This document shows positions 36,578 to 47,249 of a DNA stretch of 47,249 bases, piece after piece. How positions within the stretch are numbered: the first letter of the stretch is position 1; every line of letters starts with the position of its first letter. Both the position numbers and the translations under genes were made by a program. The notes below the pieces were generated by a model. The model was not told where the DNA came from. It did not search any database and was given only the letters and a program-made list of their open reading frames with translations. This DNA comes from Macrostomum lignano (lineage: Eukaryota): NCBI GenBank assembly GCA_002269645.1, contig NIVC01003760.1:1-47249 (forward strand). The letters are read 5' to 3'.

Positions 36578-36875
36578 CATACATGCGCAACGTCCAAAAT
36601 TCGGTCGGCCGTGCGACTTAGTTTTAACAAAAATGCGACGTAGTTTTTGGCCAAAAATGCGACTTACATGTAAAAAAACCCCAAAGCAAAATTAACGCAA
36701 CTTTGGGTAAACGGCGGGAGTAACTATGACTGTCTTATCAGGCAAAAATGCCTCGTCAGCTACTTAGTACTACTACGGGGGTATTTTTTTGGGTGGGCAT
36801 TTTTGCGACTTCCTTGGTTGGCTGCCAAATCAGTCGGCCGGATCGGCCGACTCGGCCGACTGTTGCGCATGTATG
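36578..36875. mobile_element. 298-bp MITE (14-bp perfect TIR, 8-bp TSD) containing a 28S rRNA fragment
   Basis: TIR CATACATGCGCAAC (36578-36591) / GTTGCGCATGTATG (36862-36875); TSD AGGCATTT at 36570-36577 and 36876-36883; subterminal TGCGAC(T/G) and TCGGCCG repeats. Confidence 0.9.
36705..36768 (+). other. 64-nt fragment of eukaryotic 28S rRNA (H69-H71 region; R2 / I-PpoI target), not a gene
   Basis: GGGTAAACGGCGGGAGTAACTATGACT is 27/27 identical to the conserved LSU sequence as I recall it; 53/64 ungapped overall, with the 8 nt AGGTAGCC replaced by TCAGGCAA. Confidence 0.9.
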
Positions 36876-37639
36876 AGGCATTTAATTTGTTTTAAACAGA
36901 ATGTCTTGACAATATCATTAGATAAGCATTAAGCATTTGCTTCATATACATATAATGCCCTTGCTTTTGCCCTAAAATGGTCCTCACTACCCTCAGTTTA
37001 CTCAGAATAGTGCCCTTCTAGTGTATATTATTCCTCCCCTTATAGTTAAAATCTCTATTTTATTTTTATCTTATATCCATTATACTAAAAATGGTCTGTC
37101 TGTGTGCGCATGTGTGTATGATCAATTTTAGCAAAAATGGCTCAACCAATTTTTTCAAACTTGCACTGTTTGATCAGAATCAAATATGCTATATAACCTC
37201 ATAGTTAAGGTATCTTATATACTTGTATTATAAATTTTTAATAAAAATGTCTAAAGCCAAAGTCTATGCTTAGTTAGTATATATAAAATTGACAAATTTA
37301 TTTTGTCCTTGTACATGAATCAAATTATTTGCTACATTAAATGATAAAATAAATAATATAGTATTCTATTTATATAACTAGAGTTCTCATAGATTAGGAC
37401 TAGTTAGCAATATAATCTTAGTAAAATTATTATAAATTTGTTTCAATTGAAAACTCTCGACTAGAATGAATGTATAAAAAGTTAATATCTAATATATTAT
37501 AGAATTTTGAAAATCAAATATTACTTTGAGTTGCTATAAGTAGTACTAATCAAAGCCTTTGTTTTCATGATTGTTGCAATACAAATTTTAAAAGATTTCA
37601 AATAAGTTGTTTTTAAACATTTGAACTGTATTTAACTGA

Positions 37640-40655
<3,016 letters not shown>

Positions 40656-41544
40656 TTTAATTAGTGATTTAATGTGTAAATATGCAGTTTATTATGCTAC
40701 TGTTGCTGGGGGGGGGGGGTCAGACTCTCCAGTCAATTCAGTTGAAAACGTTATTCTGACTTTTTAAATAATCAAATGACACCATAATCCGACGGTCGCT
40801 AGCGCATCACGTGAGTTGCTGAATCGTAAGAGTCGCAATAAGTCCAAAAGTCGTTGTGTTAACGCTTAGCGCTTGGCCCCAGAGTCGCAGACAATAAAAT
40901 GCCTCAAATAAACTCTTAGACGACTCTTTGGTGACTTGTACCGTGACACCTCTTCATTTTAGAGTAACTTCTTTCCTATTTTACCTGTGTTACCTGCAAG
41001 AACCTGTTTACCTAAGCCTGTTCAACCCTATCGTTTAATGAAATTACCTAAATAAAACAAAATTAATTTGTCCTTAAAGAAAACTAATCAGTAAAGAATA
41101 AGAACTGTTTCATGTGTCGATTTTTTCAAATTGCATTTTCGTCTTATATCTCAATCAAAATAGTGTATTTCAATCTGATTTTTTTAACTGTTTATTAGTG
41201 CTGTATGTTATTATCCAGCTAACTCGCTTATTTGCTAATAACACTTTAATCGCCTGTGCTATTTGTTTATATTAGTTGCTTCAAATACTACTTTCAGCTT
41301 ACTCTTTATATTCTGCATTCGTTTTGTTGTTTTGCTTATAAAATGTGTGCTAAGTTCGATCAACAATATTCTTGCTGTCCGCACCGTGCGCTAAGTTTTA
41401 CCGCTTTTTTGCTTTTTTGCTACTTTTTCTTACGAATATAAGTAGTCTATAGTTGAAACTATGGAAGATAATTGAAGTAGAAGAAACGCCACACTTAAAA
41501 ATTCTAACATCTAAATTTATATGTTTTGATGTTAAAGTTTTGAA

Positions 41545-42095
41545 GCGGAGTTTCGTTTGTCTGGCTGACCTCTCTCCTTACTGCTTTCTCTTTGGTTGAG
41601 CTAGATTGGCCCTGCTGCTAGGCTGCGTTTCGTCCGTCTGACTGAACTCTCTCCTTACTGCTCTCTCATTGGCTGAGCTAGATTGGGCCTGCTCCTAGGC
41701 TGCGTTTCGTCCGTCTGACTAAACTCTCTCCTTACTGCTCTCATTGGCTGAGCTAGATTGGGCCTGCTCCTAGGCTGCGTTTCGTCCGTCTGACTAAACT
41801 CTCTCCTTACTGCTCTCATTGGCTGAGCTAGATTGGGCCTGCTCCTAGGCTGCGTTTCGTCCGTCTGACTGAACTCTCTCCTTACTGCTCTCTCATTGGC
41901 TGAGCTAGATTGGGCCTGCTCCTAGGCTGCGTTTCGTCCGTCTGACTGAACTCTCTCCTTACTGCTCTCTCATTGGCTGAGCTAGATTGGGCCTGCCCCC
42001 CCTTAGGCTGAGTTTCGTCCAGCTAAGTTTGACCTCTCTCCTTACTCTTACTGCTCTCATTGGCTGAGATGGCTCGGACCTGCCCCTTAGTCTGA
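41545..42095. repeat. 75-77-bp tandem repeat, about 6-7 copies
   Basis: CTCTCTCCTTACTG starts at 41570, 41647, 41724, 41799, 41874, 41951. Confidence 0.95.
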
Positions 42096-42949
42096 GTTGC
42101 TTCTGTCTTGCGTTCACTTGTGTAACATCAAGTTAAATGCTTAATCATTCTTTTGCTCCTGAGGCAACAAGCACCGAGGTTAGTGCAAGAACAGGCCGTT
42201 TCTTCTATCTCAGTTGTCAAAAACATGGTTAGAATACGCTTGGTAACTATATGCTATTTACCCTATAATACTAACTCTTTGTACTCTTTTTTTGAAACTG
42301 TACCTTTATCTATAAAACAAAGAGTTCAAGCCGGTCTTTCTTTTATTGTGTTATTTTGGCATCCCGAAATGTTAATTTAAGTCTTTTTTGAGAACAAACC
42401 GCTGCTCTGTTCCGGTGCGACCTTTTATATATTTACTTATTTTATGATTTAAATTGACAACACACCGTATCATTTAGTGCAATTTGAGTTTGTTCTTTTA
42501 TTAAAACAAATATCAATAATTTACGGTGTTGCTATGTGCGTATTATAACTGGAATTTCAGCTCATTTTGTTTAGTGCAGTTTATACAGTTGTCCTTTTGT
42601 ACAGCGCATTGTTTAGCTGTTATATACTTATAATTCAGTTTTTGCCTTTCTATTTTAATCTATTAGTATCCGTCTATTTTTAACAGTTTTAATTTGTTTA
42701 ATATAATCGTATAAAATTGCTGTCTATTTGTTGGTCTTTTTAAAAGAAAACTTTTCTTACTCGTATCAATGTGTCTTTTTTAAACAAAAGCTCACTTGTT
42801 TAATAATAAACAAAGCAGGGTGGTGTATTATTTAAAATTAATTGTTGTTTATTTATTTTTACACAATAAAATTTTTATAGATTCAAACAATCAGATAGCT
42901 AGCTTATCTCACATGGGCTTCGACCATGATAGACATTTGATTAGGTTTA

Positions 42950-43283
42950 ATAGTTAGAGGCAGTGTATGCATCCTGGCCATGGATGAAGGCGCACTATGT
43001 CTCCATTGTCGCACAACCAGCGAGAGGCATTACTGCACATTCCGCCGACTCCACTAAGCAGGCACACATAGCGGAGTATACAGCGGCCCTCACTTTACTT
43101 ACCGTTAGGCATGTACACTTCACTGTGCCTTGGGGGTTGGCCCACAAGCTGGGCGTTAAATGCACGAGCAGAGCCAAACCAAGATTCCAATTTAGCCCTT
43201 TAAATTAATGTGACGGCTCTTGGAATCGAGCCTGGGCCGCTAGTACATCAGAGCGCCTCGCTAGACCACTAGGCTACGGCCCC
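42950..43283 (-). mobile_element. tRNA-derived SINE (second family)
   Basis: Minus strand reads GGGGCCGTAGCCTAGTGG (A box) ... GGCTCGATTCC (B box-like), followed by a ~260-nt body homologous to 11760-11935. Confidence 0.7.
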
Positions 43284-43450
43284 TTGGTGGTCACAAAACG
43301 TAGACGGTCCATCTAGCTGAGCTGCAATAGAAATTTTAAGGTTAGGCGTTGCACTGTCTCAGCAATGCAGTAAAAATTTAGCCTAATTGAACCGAAGTGA
43401 AACGAAGTGAACAAAGGATTACATCCCCCTTTTCTCCACAATCCAATTGC

Positions 43451-44335
43451 ATGAAGGTTCCACGCGGTGCCGAATTTCAATACTGGCCGCGCTACATCAG
43501 CCGGCTGCTGCGTATGCAGGTGAAATACTGCGGCGAATTATTAGGCTACAAATTGGCTGTGCCTCAGCCTCAGTCTATGTACTTCGGCTTGCCAGACTCG
43601 AAGCCTCATCAGCAGAAAGATTTAGTTAATCGGCGACTGTTTGGCGCCACAGATAAGGGCTATCCTAATTGGTCATTTAGCGAGCAGTATCCGTGGGATC
43701 AGGCTAACACCATAGCCGAGTATGTGTACCCGGATGTCACCTGGACTGTGCAGTACCCAGACGGTAGACGCCGGGCCCAGCGAATCAATGGTCTTACCTG
43801 GCAGGATCAGACCATCTATCCGGGTGACATCGTGGTAGTAACAGATCCTAAGCATCCCGATTGTGTGAACGCTTCCGCTGTAGCTTCCGGCGAGATGCGC
43901 TCCGGTCGCGTGATCTATATTCAACGAATGCAACGAGCCGCCATAGTTTCTGGCCTGAATATTGATTATGTTCAGCAGGGCAATTCGCCAAACCAGCTGG
44001 GGACTGTTGCCAATCTAATCAGTCTGGACAGTCTGTCTCTGCTAGACCCGAAAACTCAACAGCCTACTAAAGCCGAATGGCGTCAAAATGAAGCTGGCGA
44101 ACTTGTTCGAGTCGCTTTGGCTACGGGGCGTATTATACCCCTACCGTTGGAGTGGGAGACTCTTGACGACCAGACTAGGCCTAGTCAGTACCTGCTGAAT
44201 GAGCAGCACGATACGCCTGAAGCCGACCTGCTCAACGCCACCTATCGGCCTAGTAGCAGAACATTTGAAGAAGAGATTGACGCAGAAATGAACTTGCCAG
44301 AGCCTGGGCCAAGGCGGGAAACATTTTGGTATTAA
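43451..44335 (+). CDS. MRPL24: Mitochondrial ribosomal protein uL24m, 294 aa, single exon
   Basis: KOW-like YPGDIVVV...GRV; LLDPKTQQPTKAEWR...GELVRVALATGRIIPLP; DTP...TYRP..RTFEEEI..EM...ETFWY* matches the characteristic MRPL24 C-terminus. Confidence 0.9.
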   Translation: MKVPRGAEFQYWPRYISRLLRMQVKYCGELLGYKLAVPQPQSMYFGLPDSKPHQQKDLVNRRLFGATDKGYPNWSFSEQYPWDQANTIAEYVYPDVTWTVQYPDGRRRAQRINGLTWQDQTIYPGDIVVVTDPKHPDCVNASAVASGEMRSGRVIYIQRMQRAAIVSGLNIDYVQQGNSPNQLGTVANLISLDSLSLLDPKTQQPTKAEWRQNEAGELVRVALATGRIIPLPLEWETLDDQTRPSQYLLNEQHDTPEADLLNATYRPSSRTFEEEIDAEMNLPEPGPRRETFWY

Positions 44336-45127
44336 TTAGGACTCAAGTGTGACACTGTTTGAATACACCACAGATATTAAAATAACTGGATGGGCCACCC
44401 AGGCATGTATACTTGGTAAAGCAGCTTTCTACTTGCAGTTCAGTAGCAAAGAAGACTACGTAAGCTAATAAAGGCAGCTAAAATGACTTTGATAAGTTTA
44501 GAAGCCCAAGCTTGCAGGCGCGTAAACAACTTGCTAATTGGTTCAGCAATAATGTACATTAGCCAGCTGTCCACTGAAATGTACATGGCAGCTTTAGGCT
44601 GGAATTCCGAGAAAGGCAATAAAAATTGGGGCGGGGTGGGGGGTAGTGTAGAAAGAGCGCGATTGGAGGGTTTTGGAGGGGGGGTTAAGAGCCACAATAT
44701 ATTATTGAGCCTTGGATTTAAAATGCATTAAAATGCTTCTGTTTAACTTACTACTGAACTGAAAGTAGCTTACACGCTAATGTGCTGAGTGGACCATAAA
44801 GTTATTCTAGCATCTGTAGAATGCGCTAAATTCAAAAACTTCACACCTGTTTTTAGTAGCTTAACAACAAAAACTAAAGTTAATAATAAAAGTGTTAAAG
44901 CATTTCTCAATTATGATAACAATAAAAAATATTTAGTTATTGTTTTTCTGTAACGTTTTTATGAACTTTCTTTGCATTATTTTTTCTATTCTCATTTTCA
45001 TCCTTATTTATAGAGTCGCTAAATGGCGGTTAAGACATGGTGAAGCATCTTATGATTTGAGTATACGGCATTATTATTTATAATGCAAGTATATACAAGT
45101 ATCTTTTCTTGTTTATTTCCGTTCCAG

Positions 45128-45946
45128 AATCGCCGACCAAGAACCAGATCGCGCGAGTTGGCTGAGGCTTCAGCCTCCTCGTCAATCTCTACATCTTCAT
45201 CTACAGTTGTCGTCCACTCGACATCGTCTGCATCGAATTCTTCATCCAGCTTTCTTGGTCTGCTATGGACAGAAGAAATACAACTGCGTCGCGCTCTGTT
45301 GCGTAGTATGCGCGATTCGAGTTCTAATAGCACTTCCGGTGTGACTTCCGGTTCTGATAGCGGCACTTCCGGTTCCAGTTGTACCACTTCCGGCGTGACT
45401 TCCGGTCCAAATTGCGGCACTTCCGGTTCCAATAGTATCACTTCCGGTGTGACTTCCGGTCCCAATTTCGGCACTTCCGGTTTCAGTAGTAACTTCAGTC
45501 GACGAAAGCGAACAATGTCGGAATCGAATTTTTCTGTCACTGCAATCGACAATAAAAAGTCTAACCAAAAAAGTCGAATCTCATTTCCATCGTCAACTTA
45601 CGGAAATTCCGGCTTCGCGTCCGTTAGACGTCTTAGCGAGGCTGCTCAGATTGAGCCGCAGCTTTGCGTAGATCCTGGCACCGGAAATCCGGTTCGTACT
45701 GGCGATTTCTTAGAGTTCCTCTGCTTTCACGGCGCCTACCCGTCTGTGCCGATGCCACAGAGGTTGCGTTTTTTCGCCCTGCCGCCCAGCCAGCGGATTC
45801 TACCGATCCAAAAGAGGAAACAGGGAATCCCTCGAGTTTCTAATGAGAACACTAATCCGAGCGGCGGGCTGTTGGAGGCTAAAAAACGCCGAAAATCTTA
45901 CGACGCAATGGGAGCGGTCAACGGCCAACTCTGTGGAAACGGTTAG
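45128..45946 (+). CDS. JARID2: JARID2/Jumonji N-terminal region (UIM + SUZ12-binding helix); rest of gene outside the window or absent
   Basis: Acceptor TTCCAG at 45127; candidate ATG mini-exons at 45023 (ATG GCG|GTTAAG) or 45037 (ATG|GTGAAG). LWTEEIQLRRALLRSMRD aligns to human PWSEERVVRKVLYLSLKE, SRRKR to SRKR, and RTGDFLEFLCFHG..P to KTEDFLTFLCLRG..P, in the same order (human sequence from memory). Frame ends at TAG 45944-45946, overlapping a possible donor GTTAGT at 45942. Confidence 0.8.
   Translation, partial: NRRPRTRSRELAEASASSSISTSSSTVVVHSTSSASNSSSSFLGLLWTEEIQLRRALLRSMRDSSSNSTSGVTSGSDSGTSGSSCTTSGVTSGPNCGTSGSNSITSGVTSGPNFGTSGFSSNFSRRKRTMSESNFSVTAIDNKKSNQKSRISFPSSTYGNSGFASVRRLSEAAQIEPQLCVDPGTGNPVRTGDFLEFLCFHGAYPSVPMPQRLRFFALPPSQRILPIQKRKQGIPRVSNENTNPSGGLLEAKKRRKSYDAMGAVNGQLCGNG
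45331..45481. repeat. 3 x 54-bp coding repeat containing 9 copies of ACTTCCGG (encodes TSG repeats)
   Basis: Motif spacing 12/21/21 repeated three times. Confidence 0.9.
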
Positions 45947-47249
45947 TCCAAGATCGCTAGCAAGTAAATCGTGTTTTTTTCCTGGAAACAGCTTAGATAC
46001 TGTATCTTCCGCTGGGAAAAATTCAGCGACGACAGGTTGATGACGAGAAGTTGACGACTAGTCACCCTGTCGTCGCCATTGGCAGTCGACCAATCAAAGG
46101 CAGATAGAAAGCAGGCAGTAAATCAGATTTGGAAGCGCGCATTTGAACGATACTACTGAGTTGAACAAATCATACTTATTTTAGCAAATCAATAGTGAAT
46201 CGACAGGGCTGTCGTTGCTTGTCGTCAGAGTGTCGTCGCTGCAATTTTTTTCCCAGCGTTCCAAGCATTGGCAGTTTGGCTTTTACTTTAAGTAGTCAAT
46301 TGTTTCCTCATAGCGTTACAAACGTCAATGGCATTTTATTAATAACAATTAATTTTATTATTCACGTGATTTTTTCTTTTTTTCATTGCTTTTTTAAATT
46401 TTGCGTCGCAACTAAACGCGGTCTTGTATTATATTAATTTTGCTTTTATATACATTTGTTTCGTATTATTATATACAAAATTGCATTTACGTGCAATTCG
46501 TGTGCTTTTTTTATAATTGGTTAATAAACAATTCAATAAAACGCTTGACTAAGTGTGGTTTTATTTAACCAGTAGTACATTTTCTCTTTATGTTTTTTAC
46601 CTTAATTATCAATTAGAATTTTAAGTAAGTGTTTCTTGTTAAAAAATAGACTAGCAACCTAGCGTTCCCACGCGCTAGGTTAGTGTTGGCCAAACAGCAA
46701 AATGCGTAACTCATTAGCAGCATACTTGTAGTACCATATTTAGGATTTTTAATAACTTAGTAGAAATAAGTAAATTCTATACAAGAAATTACTGAATTTG
46801 AATTCATGCATTTCTTTCGTTGCAGCTTAAGTATCTGAATACCCGTGGTGCTCTAATTTTATTGATAACTAGAGTGGAGAAGGTAAACTGCAATTCGCGA
46901 TGTGACGACCAATAAATGCCACTGAGTGGTGATCCATCATCGACCTCTGAGGTCACGTGCAGTGATGCTGCTTTACTCGGACAATAACTTGCGTCGTTTA
47001 TTTGTAATTGTCAGCTCGTAAATACGCTTGGCAAAGGTTGATTTTACACTTCATCAATAACCTGAAGTTATTTACAAGAAGATTCTTTAACTTGGCATCG
47101 TAAATTTATCCAAAAAACTCCAATCAGACGCTGACCATTCTAAGTAGAGTCAATGCGTATTTTTCTAGCTAATTCGAAAAGTAAAGAATAAACGGTTGTT
47201 TTATTTAGATTCCGTCGTATATATATACATCAATGTAAGAAACAATTTG

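Noticed and set aside
36705-36768. 28S rRNA gene
   Set aside because: Only 64 nt match and the flanks are transposon sequence.
43210-43283. tRNA-Gln-like gene on the minus strand
   Set aside because: The anticodon stem does not pair and the downstream body matches a dispersed repeat, so it is a SINE head.
45019-45552. Minus-strand 177-aa ORF with PEV repeats
   Set aside because: Starts at TTG and is the antisense shadow of the frame carrying JARID2 motifs.

Overview
Animal (metazoan) genomic DNA. GC-rich exons, introns filled with simple repeats and a 40-nt candidate intron suggest a flatworm such as Macrostomum (inference only). Five + strand genes can be built by hand: (1) a membrane-anchored WS/DGAT-family protein lacking the catalytic His (997-8511); (2) a five-exon rhodopsin-class neuropeptide GPCR, SIFamide/NPFF-receptor-like, 446 aa (12311-28418); (3) a compact KAT6/Enok MYST acetyltransferase, winged helix + MYST only (37667-40655); (4) an intronless MRPL24 (43451-44335); (5) the N-terminal part of JARID2 (45128-45946). 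Mobile DNA: a 5'-truncated R1/LOA-type LINE with RNase H, a CORE-SINE, a second tRNA-SINE family, a MULE/Merlin-like element, and a cluster of related P-like elements (internally deleted THAP element, 178-bp MITE, 697-bp foldback with 258-bp arms, remnants). The most unusual item is a 298-bp TIR/TSD-bounded element (36578-36875) carrying a 64-nt piece of 28S rRNA centred on the R2 / Pokey / I-PpoI target, with the upstream part intact and the cleavage-site bases replaced. Most long ORFs in the supplied track are tandem-repeat artefacts. All gene and family calls come from motif recognition by eye; no database search was run.
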